Translations under genes and position numbers: made by a program
Shown here: piece after piece, positions 26,766 to 39,217 of the stretch
How positions within the stretch are numbered: the stretch's first letter is position 1
How the letters are laid out: each line of letters begins with the position of its first letter
The notes under the pieces: model-generated
The model's input: only the letters and a program-made list of their open reading frames with translations
What the model was told of the DNA's origin: nothing
Databases searched by the model: none
From: the human T2T-CHM13v2.0 reference genome, Homo sapiens
Reading direction: 5' to 3' (one strand)
Length of the DNA stretch: 64,000 nucleotides
Assembly (NCBI RefSeq): GCF_009914755.1
Contig: NC_060947.1

Positions 26766-28129
26766 TATTTTCTGGTCACTGGTTTAGAAATGCAAAGTTC
26801 ACCTGGTTTCAGAGTTCGTGGTCCTGGCAGCTGTGGAAGATCTACAGAGTTTCTGGCCGAAATATTTAAGCCATGTAGTTTTCAATATGTGAAGATGACC
26901 AGCCAATCTGCAACCAAGCGAATGTTTAAATTCTGCCACCAGTGTATTCTCAACAAATTCTTTGAAGATGTGTCACATGTAATTGAGAGACTATTTAAAA
27001 TGTGGAATTTAGGAATAGAAAGACAATGGTATCCAAGAACTTCCAGGTATTTTCCTATATAATTTGTGCCCAAATTTTATAAATCTGATCAGATGGATTC
27101 TGAAATCTGGCAGCACAGCTATCCCTCTTCTGCAACACTGTGTCTTTACCACTTCAAGTTGAATTGAATATCTTTCCATGTTTGATGATAATTTAAGCAA
27201 CTATTTTTTTCACACACTTTTCTTGAAGAGCTATACACCATTAAAACCTGGTGCCATGAAAACTCACATTGTATTTTTACCATTGCCAAAAAAAAATTGT
27301 AATTTTTTCTACATATTTATAAATAATGTGGAACTTCTGGGAAGATGGTCAATGAACTGCTAACCATAAACTATAACCTTCCCTCAGATATCAACTAAAA
27401 TGATCAAATAAAGCAACATAGTACACATCATTCCTAACCTAAACAAAACAAAACCCAGAAAGCTCCATGAAAATACCTATATTTTTGGCTCGAGAGGTAA
27501 TAAAGAGAACAAGTAATAATCAGAGAGAGTGCCATAAGCTGATGTTTGTGTTACTTCTATTCATTGGTTTGATCCAACCCCAGGCAATCTCATAGAGGTT
27601 GCAAGAGAGACCCAGTGGAAACCCACGGGGTTCAAAACTGAGAGGGAAAGCCATTCTATTAAAATGTCCTGTTTCTCACTTATTGCCCTCTACTGTTTGG
27701 CCCTAGAAATGGGCAGCATTGTAAAGTGTGTGGCCCAGTAGGGTAAATAAAGCCCCAAGTTTTTGGATGCAGGGCCCAAATGGGAAGCCTCAGGAACGCA
27801 TTGCATGCCAAGAATATTACAGAGAGGGAGAAACATGGAAAAGAGACCCCATAAAGATGTTCATCAAATCCCGGGCTCATCCCTGAGCTGCACATTAACT
27901 AGATCCCATTCAGAATATCAAAGACTTTGAGATTTTAAGTAACAAATAGAACACAACCCATGTCGCAGACTGACCGCTAAGTAGGTCACACATGGGACAC
28001 ATCCAAATAAATGGAAGAATCTTGACAAACTCCAAGCTGTGTCAAGTTAAAAGAGGCTTATCCCAGACATATTATAATTAGATTGCTGAAAACTAAGCAA
28101 AAAATATCTTGAAAGAAGCCAGATAAAAC

Positions 28130-28918
28130 TGACCTAAATTGTGTTTCCCAAAAACCTACATGTTAAAACACTAACCACTAGTTCCTCAGAATGTGAATGT
28201 ATTTGGAGACAGGGTCTTTAAAGAGGTAATTAAGTTAAAATGTGATAATTACAACGGGCTTTATTCCAATATAAGTGGTGTCCTTATGAGAAAAAGAGAT
28301 ATGGACACAGACACACACAGAGAAAAGACCATGTGAAAATACAGGAAGAGGATGACTATATTATGTTGTTTTTACATTTCTATAAAGAAATACCTGAGAT
28401 TGGGTAATTTATTTAAAAAGAAATTTAATTTGCTTAATGTTCTGCAGGCTTTACAGAAAGTATTGTGCTAGCATCTGCTTGGCTTCTGGGGAGGCCTCAG
28501 GAAGCTTACAATTATGGTGGAAGATGAAAGAGCAACAGGCATATCACATAAGAGAAAGAGCAAGAGAAAGAGTGGAAAGAGCAGGTGCCACACGCTTTTA
28601 AATAACCAGATCTCATGAGAACTCACTTAGTATTGTAAGGACAGCACCAAGCCATGAGGGATCCATCCCCATGACTGACCTAGACACCTCCACCATGTTC
28701 CAGTTTCAACACTGGGGATTACATCTCAACTTGAGATTTAGAGCGGACATCCAAACTAAATCAATGACGTGTAAGCCAAAGAGACCTCAGAAGAATTTAA
28801 CCCTGCCAACACCTTGATCTCAGACCTCTAGCCTATACAACTGTGAAAAAATAAGTTTCCGTTGTTTAATCCACCAAATCTGGAATATTTTCTTATGGCA
28901 GCCCCAGCAAACTAATTA
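28130..28918 (+). mobile_element. MLT1A/B-type MaLR LTR split by an MST LTR
   Basis: gtatttggagacagggtctttaaagagg...cttatggcagccccagcaaactaat; resumes after the atgac TSD. Confidence 0.8.
28357..28763 (-). mobile_element. MST (MSTA/B)-type solo LTR
   Basis: 5-bp TSD atgac (28352-28356, 28764-28768); ggcttctggggaggcctcaggaagcttaca motif. Confidence 0.88.
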
Positions 28919-29624
28919 AATGAATGATAATTTTAATAACTGTGGATTTCTTGTCAGAAACGTGGACACCAAAGAAAAGGGGCATAAAATTTTTCAAACT
29001 GCTAGAAGAAAAAAACTTTCAGATAGAATTCCATCTTTCAGGAATGAAGGTGAAATAAAGAACTACTAAGACAAAGAAAAAATAAGAAAATTCATTATCA
29101 GAAGCCTCTCTCTAGAAGATTTGCTAATGAAATATCTTCAGGCCAAAAGTACATGATACCAAATAAAACTTTGGAAAATCAGGAATGAAGGAAGAGCAAT
29201 ATAAATTGTAAATACAAGGGTAAATGTAATAGAGTACTTTTTGTCTTCTTGAGTTTTAAAAAATACATTTGACATTTGCAAGAAAATATATATTTCTGAT
29301 GGTGTTTTTGATACATGTAGAAAAAATAAGTAAAGTGAAATATAATTGAGGAAGAGTAAAATAACAATCTATTTGATAAGATTTCTGTATTCTGATTGAA
29401 GTGGTAGAATATTAATTCTAAATAGTGGAAAGCTAAGTATGCACATTTTACTTTCTAGAACAATGACTAAAAAGCTATATAGTCAAAATTATAATTAATA
29501 AATTTTAAAAAATGCGAAAATATTCAAATAAAAAGACAGCAGGACAGGTATAAAAGAGGAAGGAAGAACAGGAGAACCAAATAGAAAAAGAACTATAACA
29601 TGATAGCATATCAATAATAACATT

Positions 29625-30220
29625 AAATTTCTCAAAAAGCTAGACATGGTTTCCAAATAACCAAGCAATTCCATACTTGGGTATGTGCTGAAGACAATTG
29701 AAACCAGGCATTCAATCAACAACTTGTACATAAATATGCATAGCAACATTATGCATATTAGTCTAAAAGTGGAAACAACCCAAATGTCCATCACCTAATG
29801 AATGAATAAACAATATGTGGTATATCCATACAATGGAATACTATTCAGCAGTACAAAGGAATAAAGTACTGATATATGCTAAAACATAATGAACTTTGAA
29901 AACATTATGCTAATAGAAAGAATCCAGTCGCAAAAGCTTATACATTGTATGATACTACTTATGTAAATTGCACAAAATAGTCAAATCTATAGTGACAGAA
30001 AGTAGATTAATGGCTGCCTAACACTGAGGGAATTGAGAGGAGTTGAGGAAGTAACTACTAAAGGTACAGAATTCCTTTTTGTGTTTATGAAAATGGTCTA
30101 AAATTGATTTTGGGTGTTGCTGCACAATTTATTAAATATACAAAAAACCATTAACTTTTATATCTTAAATGGCATAATTGTGTGGTATACAAATATATAA
30201 CTAAGAAAATTGCTTTAAAA
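29625..30220 (+). mobile_element. L1MB-type 3' end nested in the L1M
   Basis: agcaattccatacttggg...aaacaacccaaatgtccatca 3'UTR sequence lies between ORF1-end and ORF2-start remnants of the host. Confidence 0.65.
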
Positions 30221-30930
30221 CAAATACATCAGTTAAAGTCTAGAGGTTGTTAAGATAATTTTTTTTTAAAAAAGCACAGCCTAATTTTATACCATCTACA
30301 AGAAGCTCACTTCAAATATAATGATATAGATTGATAGAAAGTAAATGGATGGAAGAGATAAACTAAGTAAACACCAAACAATAGAAATCAAGAATGGCTA
30401 TGTTAGTATTAGACAAAGTAGAATTTGGCAGAAATAAAATTTTCTGGGGCAAATGATAACATTATCTAATAAGAATATGGTGAATTCACAAAGGCACAAC
30501 AATTTTAAATATGTATATCCAACAACACACATTCAAAACAAATGAAGCAAAAGCTTACAGAACTGAAAGCTATAATGAAGAATCACAATTATAGTTAAAG
30601 ATATCAATAGTCTCCTCAAAATAATAGATGGACTGGTAGACAGAAAATCAGCAATTATATAGAAGATTGAATAACAGCATCTTCAAATGGAATCAAATTG
30701 ATATCTCTTGAACATTCTATATAATACAGCAGAATGCTCAGTTTTTTCAAGTGCATGTGGGACATTCAGCAAGACAGATCATATTCTTGGCCATTAAACA
30801 AATCACAAGTATAAATTAATCAAAATGATACATAGTATTTTCTTTGGTAGTAATGGAACTAAAATAGAAATGAATAGCAAAAAAAAAAAAAAAAAACAAA
30901 CCAGAAATACTTTTGAACACTTGGAAATTT

Positions 30931-31168
30931 ATTTTTTTATTTTTTAAAATTTATTTATTTTTCTTTTTTTTATTATTATACTTTAAGTTTTAGGGTACAT
31001 GTGCACAATGTGCAGGTTAGTTACATATGTATACATGTGCCATGCTGGTGCGCTGCACCCACTAACTCGTCATCTAGCATTAGGTATATCTCCCAATGCT
31101 ATCCCTCCCCCCTCCCCCCACCCCACAACAGTCCCCAGAGTGTGATGTTCCCCTTCCTGTGTCCATGA
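30931..31168 (-). mobile_element. Young 5'-truncated L1PA3-like (PA2/PA3) insertion
   Basis: Near-consensus 3' end with GAG, not the Ta-diagnostic ACA. Perfect 15-bp TSD aacacttggaaattt (30916-30930, 31169-31183). Confidence 0.93.
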
Positions 31169-31184
31169 AACACTTGGAAATTTA

Positions 31185-31410
31185 AAAACACACTTCTAAA
31201 TACTGCCTAGGTCAGAGGAAAAGTCAAAGAAAAGTTTAAAAATCTTTTTCACCTGAACAAAACACACTTCTAAATACTGCCTAGGTCAAAGGAAAAGTCA
31301 AAGAAAAGTTTAAAAATCTTTTTCACCTGAACAAAACACACTTCTAAATACTGCCTAGGTCAAAGGAAAAGTCAAAGAAAAGTTTAAAAATCTTTTTCAC
31401 CTGAACAAAA
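31185..31410. repeat. Tandem triplication of a 74-bp unit
   Basis: cacttctaaa recurs at 31191, 31265 and 31339. Only one substitution is seen among the copies (gtcagagg vs gtcaaagg). Confidence 0.96.
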
Positions 31411-33407
31411 TTGAAAATGCAGTGTATAAAAATTTGCAGGATGCTGCTAAAACAGTGCTTCCAGGAAAATTAATAACATTAATTATTTTTACTAGAAAAG
31501 AAGACTGGTCTCAAATAATAAATTTAAACTCCTATCTCAAGAAACTGCAAAAATAAGAGCAAAATAATTACAAAGCAAGCAGAAGGAAGGGAGTTATGAA
31601 GATAAGAGCAGAAAAGAACAAAATTGAAAGGAGAAAAACAATAGAGAAATTGAAACTAATAGCTGGTGCTTTGACAAGATCAATAAGTTTGAAAAATCTC
31701 TGACAATAGTGACAATGAATAAAAAAGAGTGATCATGGATTATCAATTTCAGAAATTACAGGGATTATCACTACAGACACTACAAATATTAAAAAGGTAA
31801 TAATGAAATACTATGAATAATTATATGAATATCATTTAGTTATCTTGGAGAAAACACCCTAATTCCTCAAAAACAATAAAATATCAAAACTTGACCAATA
31901 TGAAATAAGTAATCTGAATAGTCCTATAACCATTAAAGCAAGTGAATTTATAATTACAAACATTCTGGTAAAAAAATTCCCAGGCCCAGTTGATTTTACT
32001 GGACAGTATAAGGGAGGAGACATACTACAAACAAATATTTGTTATGTATAAAGACACAAAAATATTATAATAGCAAACCAAGTTCAACAATAGATATGAA
32101 AACAATGTACCATGTCCAAGTGTGGTTTTCCCTAGTATGCTGGGCTTTTTCAATATTAGAAATTCAGTCAATGCAACGAATCATATTAACAGACTAAAGA
32201 TGAAAAACAATGCATTAACCACCATTATTGCATGAAATACTGACAAAATTCAACACATTTATGGATATTAATTATCTGCAACATCTAAACCATTTACACA
32301 AATCTTACTGAACATAATGCTCACTGAAAGAGTGAATGCTTTTCCCCACTTTTGAGAAGAAGGTAAGCGTGGCCATTCTCACCAGCCTTAGTCAACACTT
32401 TATTGGAGGGGCAATACAGCAAGAAAAATAAATAGGAGATATATAAATTGGAAAGAAATAAAATTGCTTCTGTTGCCAAATGATATGTTTGTCTATGTAG
32501 AAAAATTCTAAAGAATCTACAAAAAATCTTCTAGAACTAAGAGGTGTTATAGATTGAGAAAAAAAATATTTGCAAAGCACATACATGGGAAAGAATTTGC
32601 ATTCAGGATATCAAACCTCACAAAACACAACAGTAATAAAATAAAGAACACCATTAAAGTGAGCAAAAAAAGTGAAGAGACATGTAAACATGATATAAGA
32701 ATGACAAGTAATCAAGCACATGGATAGATGTTCAATATGATTAGCCATTATGCAAATGCAAATTAAAATTGTTAAGATATACCAGGACACATCTATTAGT
32801 ATGGCTTATAAAAACTGACAGTACCAAATGCTGCAGAGGATATTCAGCTTTGGAAACACTCATACATGAGAATACAAAATGGCACAGTCAATGTAAAAAC
32901 AGACAGTTTCTTATGTATTTAAAAATACATTTACTATGCAGGCCGATAATTAGATTCCTTAGTATTTACCCTTGAGAAATGAAAATTGATGTTCATATAA
33001 AAATATGTACGAAAATGCTTATAGCAGCTGTACTCATAATTGCCCAAATCTGGAAAAAATGAAAAAGTTTACCAATGTGTAAAAAAATTGTGGTACATCC
33101 ATACAATGAAAGGCCACCGAGCAATATGAAAGAATAAACTATAGACATATGCAACAACTTGGATGGATCTCAAAAGCATTAAAGTGATTGAAAGAGGCCA
33201 GTCTGAAAAGGTTATACATGATTCCATTTATATGAGCTTCTCTAAAATACAGAGTTATAGTGCTGGGAATAGAACAGTGTTTGCTAGTGGTTAGGGGTGA
33301 GAGAATGTGTAACTATAAAGGGATATCATGAAAGAGTTTGGGGAGATGATGGAATGGTTCTGTATCTGATTGTGGCACTGATTTCACAAATCCATGCACA
33401 TACACTG

Positions 33408-33928
33408 AAAAAGAGCAGGAATAGCTATACTTATATCAGACAGTAAATTTCAAGACAAAATATGCAAGAAGAGAAAAAGAGGGTCACTATATAATGATAA
33501 AGGGGTCAATTGAGCAGGGGGATATAACAATTATAAATATATATGTACTCAACATTGGAACACCCAGATACATAAAGCAAATATTATTTCAGCTAAAGGG
33601 AGAGAGAGACTATGATACAATGATAGCTAGAGATTTCAATAATCCACTTTCAGCATTGGACAAATCTTTATAGTTTCCATTGGTATGGAATTTTTTTTCC
33701 ATCCCTGTTTTTCAGTGTATGTGCATTTTTATAGGTGAAGTGTGTATATTTGTAGGCAACAGATCAAGGAGTCTGGTTTTTTATCTATTCAGTCACTTTT
33801 TGTCTTTTTATTAGAGAGTTTAGTCAATTTACATTAAATGTTATCATTGATAAGAAAGAACTTATATCTGCCATTTTTTTATTTGTTTTTTTGGTTGTTT
33901 TGTGGTTTTCTCTTTCTTTTTTTCTTCC
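33408..33928. mobile_element. L1MA fragment with internal inversion (plus 33408-33667, minus 33670-33928)
   Basis: The two pieces are adjacent L1 ORF2-start segments in opposite orientation; compare the collinear homolog at about 46600-47110. Confidence 0.8.
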
Positions 33929-34347
33929 TGTATTAGTCTGTTCTCATGCTGCTCATAAAGACATACCCAAGACTGGGTAATTTATAAAGAAAAGGAGGTT
34001 TAATTGACTCACAGTTTCACATGGCTGGGGAAGCCTCACAATCATGGTGAAAGGCAGAGGAGGAGCAAAGGCATGTCTTATATGGTGGCAGGCAAGAGAG
34101 CTTGTGCAGGAGAACTGCACTTTATAAAACCATCAGATCTCGGGAGACTTATTCACTATCATGAGTACAGCACAGGAAAAACCTGCCCCCATGATTGAAT
34201 TATCTTTACCTTGTCCCTCCCCTGACAGGTTGGGATTATGGGAATTACAATTCAAGATGAGATTTGGGTAGAGACACAGCCAAACCATATCATTCCATCC
34301 CTGCCCCTGCCAAATCTCATGTCCTCACAATTTCAAACACAATTATG
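33929..34347 (-). mobile_element. THE1C/D-type 3' LTR (33929-34292) plus 55 bp of internal 3' end
   Basis: tgtattagtc...aaccatatca followed by ttccatccctgcccctgccaaatctcatg. Confidence 0.9.
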
Positions 34348-35388
34348 TCCAGGCAGAAGTTTGCTGCAGGGGAGGGGTCTCATGTAGAACCTCTGCTTGG
34401 GCAGTGCAGAAGGGAAATGTGGGGTTGGAGCCCCCACACAGAGTCCCTACTGTGGCACTGCCCAGTGGAGCTGTGAGAAGAGGGCCACCATCCTCCAGAC
34501 CCCAGAATGGTAGATCCACCAACAGCTTGCACTATGCACCTGAAAAAGCCACAGGCAATCAATGCTAGCCTGTGAAAGCAGCCAGGAGGCGGGCTATACC
34601 CTGCAAAGTCACAAGGGCAGAGCTTCCCAAGACTATGGGAACCTACCTCTTGCATCAGCGTGACCTGGATGTGAGACATGGAGTCAAAGGAAATCATTTT
34701 GGAGCTTTGAGATTCGACTGCCTTGCTGGATTTTGGACTTGTATGGAGCCTGTAGCCCCTTTGTTCTGGCCAATTTCACCCATTTGAAATTGCTGTATTT
34801 ACCCAATGCCTGTACCCTCATTGTATCTAGGAAGTAACTAACTTGCTTTTGATTTTACAGGCTCATAGATGGAAGGACTTGCCTTTTTTCAGATGAGACT
34901 TTAGACTATGGGCTTTATAGTTAATCCTGAAATAAGTTAAGACTTTGGGGGAGTCTTTGGGGGACTCTTAGGAAGGCATGATTGCTTTTGAAATGAGAGG
35001 GCATGAGGTATGGGAGGGCCCAGTGGCAGAATAATTTGGTTTGACTGTGTCCCCAGCCAAATCTCATCTTGAATTCCCACGTGTTGTGGGAGGGACCTGG
35101 TAGGAGGTAATTGAATCATGGAGGCAGATCTTCCCCATGCTGTTCTCATAATAGTCAATAAGTCTCATGAGATCTGGTGGGTTTATAAGGGGGAGTTTCC
35201 CTGCACAAGCACTCTCTCTTTGCCTGCTGCCATTTATGTTAGACGTGACTTGCTCCTCCTTGCCTTCCACCATGATTGTGAGGCTTCCCCAGCCACGTGG
35301 AACTGTAAGTCCAATTAAACATTTTTCTTTTGTAAATTTCTTAGTCTCAGGAATGTCTTTATCAGCAGCATGAAACCGGACTAATACA
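34345..35388 (+). mobile_element. THE1B-type internal 3' part (34345-35031) plus 3' LTR (35032-35388)
   Basis: atgtccaggcagaagtttgctgcagg... THE1-int sequence; the LTR ends ggactaataca. Confidence 0.9.
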
Positions 35389-35585
35389 CCAGGTCATATG
35401 GTAACTCTATGTATAACTTTTTGAGAAACTGCCAGACTGTTTTCCACAGTGGCTGTGCCATTTTACATTCCTGCCAGCAGTGTATGAAGATTCTGATTTC
35501 TCTACAGTTTTACCAATGCTTATCATCTTTTTGTTTTAATTATAGTGAATCTTGTGTGTGTGACATGGAATCTAATTGTGATATC
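35389..35585 (-). mobile_element. L1M fragment
   Basis: ggtcatatggtaactctatg...gaaactgccagactgttttccacagtggctg. Confidence 0.75.
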
Positions 35586-37073
35586 TTTTTAAAATATTTG
35601 ATAATGGCCACATATGTATTGTTAATGATAAAAGTCCTTATATTTATAAAAGCAAAACAATGTGACAGGGGTATCCTGGAACTTGAAATAAATGCTGACC
35701 TCTCTTTATACAGTGCCCTAAATCACATCTGAATAGGCAGACTTGAGCAGTCTTAAAGGGACGTATTTATAGTCACAGATATGCAAATATATGTGAGGGA
35801 AAATGACATTGTAAATTTCAATGATGTTCTCTGATGTTTTATTAAGTAAGTTGGCAGTCCTTAAATTAATTTTTCAGTGCCTCTATTAACACTTCACATT
35901 TCTATGCAATTTTAAAGTGCATTTTCAGAGATTAAGGATTATCCTAAAGAAATCTAATTTTAAATGATTTTTTGCCTCCAACCTTTGATTTTTATTTCTT
36001 TCTTTAATTCATTTCATGTTTAGCACCAAATTGTCTAACATTTTAAGCATACAAACCCACTATATCATGTTTCTTTAAATCAAGTATCATTGTCTTGCTT
36101 ACCTTACCCCTAATTTACAGAAAGAGAACACAGTCAGGGGTTATATAATGCAGATTACACAAATATAGTAAATCGAAAGAAGTACTTGAATTGCTATCCA
36201 ATTCAATATCTTGTAAAGAAATAGTTGATGCAATTATATTATCTATTTATCATTCTACCTATCGAATAGTCTATTGTCTAAAATTTCCAGGGACTATTGA
36301 GATCAGTGTATGCCAGATTTTATGTCAGTATAAAATTGTATTGATCAGTATTTTCTTGGTTATAGTATATACTGTCAATAAATTCATCGGAGAGTTTTGA
36401 AATATGAAAAAAAGAAGGAGGCACTTTAAAGTTACCATAGGCCTGTTTTATCTATTGGTGTTAGCAACTTCAAATGAACTTCAGTGAAAATAGTTTATTC
36501 TGTTTAGGAAGTATCCAAAGGGGCCTTTTAGTTATACATATATAAAGCAGGTGCAGTTTCAGACGTCCTTAAGGATACTGTAAAGTCTTGGTAACCTAAA
36601 TGTAGATGGTGAATATTTGAACTTGGTTATGTAAGTTGCAGAATATGCTTAAAATTATGTAGAATTAAATGGCTTGCTTTTTGAAGAGATGATAGAAATG
36701 GGGAAAATAATTTTCTGTGTGCAGATAAATAACAAAGTGCTTTTATAGTTGTTTATTTTTATAGAGAGAATGGTACTTTGGGAGCACTGGGAGACAACAC
36801 TCTGACATGGCCAATGGATTGGCCATAGTGTGTCCTTTCAGAAAAGCCTCAAGGTCTGAAAACATTGACTTGGGGGGAATTGGAGCAGACAAGGAAGTAT
36901 ATTGTAGGCACTCTTAAAGGGCAGACTGTGACATCTAGGTACCCTTTGGGGGACATGTGGAAATAATTAATACAGTAAGGGTGAAGTGACTGAAGTATTC
37001 CGACAAATATGATGGTATGGTTTAGAATTGTGTGGTCAAATACAAATCTTGTGATAATGAAAATATACTAAAT

Positions 37074-37157
37074 TTGTGTTGTCCAATACAGTCTAGTAAG
37101 CACTAGACATAGTTGGCATTTGAACATTTAAAATGTGCCTGTCGTGATAAAGGAGGC
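37074..37157. mobile_element. MER3-like hAT-Charlie MITE, left part
   Basis: tgttgtccaatacag...cactagacat...gaacatttaaaatgtg; the remainder is at 50445-50527. Confidence 0.6.
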
Positions 37158-39217
37158 TTTTTTTTAAGTTTGTGAGTACATAGCAAGTGTGCATATTAAT
37201 TCGTTACATGAGATTTATTGATATAGTCATTCAATGCATAATAATTACATCAGGGAAAATGGGGTATCCATCACCTCAAGCATTTTTCCTTTCTTTATGT
37301 TGCAAATAATCCAATTACACAATTTTAGATATTTTAAAATATACAATAAATTATTGTTGACTGTAGTCACCCTGGTGTGCTATCAAATGCTAGATATATT
37401 CATTGTTTCTAACTATTATTTTGTACCTGTTAACCATCCTACTTCCCCCCTATACGACTATCTTTCCCAACCTCTGGTAACCATCATTCTACTCTATCTC
37501 TGTGAGTTCAAGTTTTTTAATTTTCACTCTCACAAATGAGTGAGAACATGCAAAGTTTGGTTTTCTGTGCCTGGCTTATTTTACTCAACATAATGTCTTC
37601 CAGTTCCATCCATGTTGTTGCAAATGACAGCATCTCATTCTATTTTATGATTGAATACTACTCCATGGATAGGTACCACATTTTGTTTATCCATCTGTCT
37701 GTTGATAGGCATTTAGGTTGCTTCCATCTCTTCTTGGCTATTGTGTAGAGTGATGCAATAAACACAAGAGTGCAGCTGTATTTTGATATACTGATTTCCA
37801 TTTTGGGAGATATATACCTAGCAGTTGGGTTGCAAGATAATATGGTAGCTCTAATTTTAGTTTCTGAGGAACCTCCAATCTGTTCTTTATAGTGGTTGTA
37901 CTAATTTGCATTCCCCAAAACAGTGTATGAGGGGTCCCTTTTCTTCATATCCTTACCAGTATTTGTTATTCCCTGTCTTTGGATGTAAACCATTTTAACT
38001 GGGGTGATATGATATCTCATTGTAATTTTAATTTGCATTTCTCTAATGACCAAGGATGTTGTGCACCTAATCTTTTACCTGTTGGCCATTTTTGTGTCTT
38101 CTTGCCAATTTTTAAATCACAATTTTAGATTTTATCCTATCAAGTTGTTTGAGCTCATTATATATTCTGGTTATTAATCAGTTGTTAGATGAATAGTTTG
38201 CAAATATTTTTTCCCCATTCTGTGTGTTGCCTTTTCACTTTTTTGTTTTCTTTGCTGTGCAGGAGTTTTTAAATTTGACATACTCTTGTCTATTTTTACT
38301 TTGGTTGTCTGTGCTTGTAGGGTATTACTCAAGAAATCTTTGTACAGGCCAACGTATTGGAGACTTTCCCCAATGTTTCATTAGTAGTTTTATAATTTCA
38401 GGTCATAGATTTAAGTTTTTAACCTATTTTGAATTAATTTTTGTATATGGGGAAAGATAGGGGTCTACATTCATTTTTCTGCATATGGATATCCAGTTTT
38501 CCCAGCACCATATATTGAAGAGGTTGTTATTTCCCCAATACATGTTCTTGGCACCTTTGTTGAAAATGAGTTAACTGTAGGTATATGGATGTGTTTCTCA
38601 GTTTTCTGTTCTGTTCCGTTGTTCAAATTTCTGTTGTTTCTTGGTCAGTACCATGCCATTTTGGTTACTATAGCTTTATAGTTTAATTTGAAGTAATGTA
38701 ATGTGATTCTTCATTTTATTTATTATTATTTTGCTCAGAATAAAGTTGGACATTCTGGGTCTTTTGTGATTCCATATAAATTTTAGAATTATTTTTCTGT
38801 TTCTGTGAAGAACTTCGCTGGTGTTTTTATAGGGATTGCACTGAATCTGTAGATTGCTTTGGGTAATATAGACATTTTAACGATATTGATTCTTCTAATC
38901 CATGAACACTGAGCATGTTTCAATTTTGTGATGTCCTCTTAAATTTCTTGCACAAATATTTTATAATTTTCATTGTAGAGATCTTTAACATTTTTGTTTA
39001 ATTTCTATTTATTTAATTTTACTTGTAGCTATTGTAAGTGGGATCGCTTTTTAATTTAATTTTCAGATTGCTCACTATTGGCATATAAAAATGTTACTTA
39101 TATTTTTTGTATTTATTTTATACCCTATAACTTGATTTAGTTTGTTCATTATTTCTCATAATTTTTAATAGTCTTTAGGTTTTTCCAAATATAAGATCTG
39201 CAAACAAAGATAATTTG

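Larger units (their letters stand above)
27333..33393 (+). mobile_element. Old L1M (L1MC/MD-like), near full length, with insertions and truncated 3' end
   Basis: 5' acttctgggaagatgg, ORF1/ORF2-like A-rich remnants, and an L1M 3'UTR at about 32.8-33.4 kb that ends abruptly. Confidence 0.7.

Noticed and set aside
26637-27062. 141-aa ORF spanning the L1 5'UTR/unique junction
   Set aside because: Non-ATG start inside L1 sequence and no recognisable homology; not supportable as a CDS.
30931-31168. Active L1HS-Ta insertion
   Set aside because: Carries GAG and cttaaag rather than the Ta-diagnostic ACA and cttagag.
31185-31410. CRISPR-like array
   Set aside because: Head-to-tail identical units with no spacers, in a primate L1 context.
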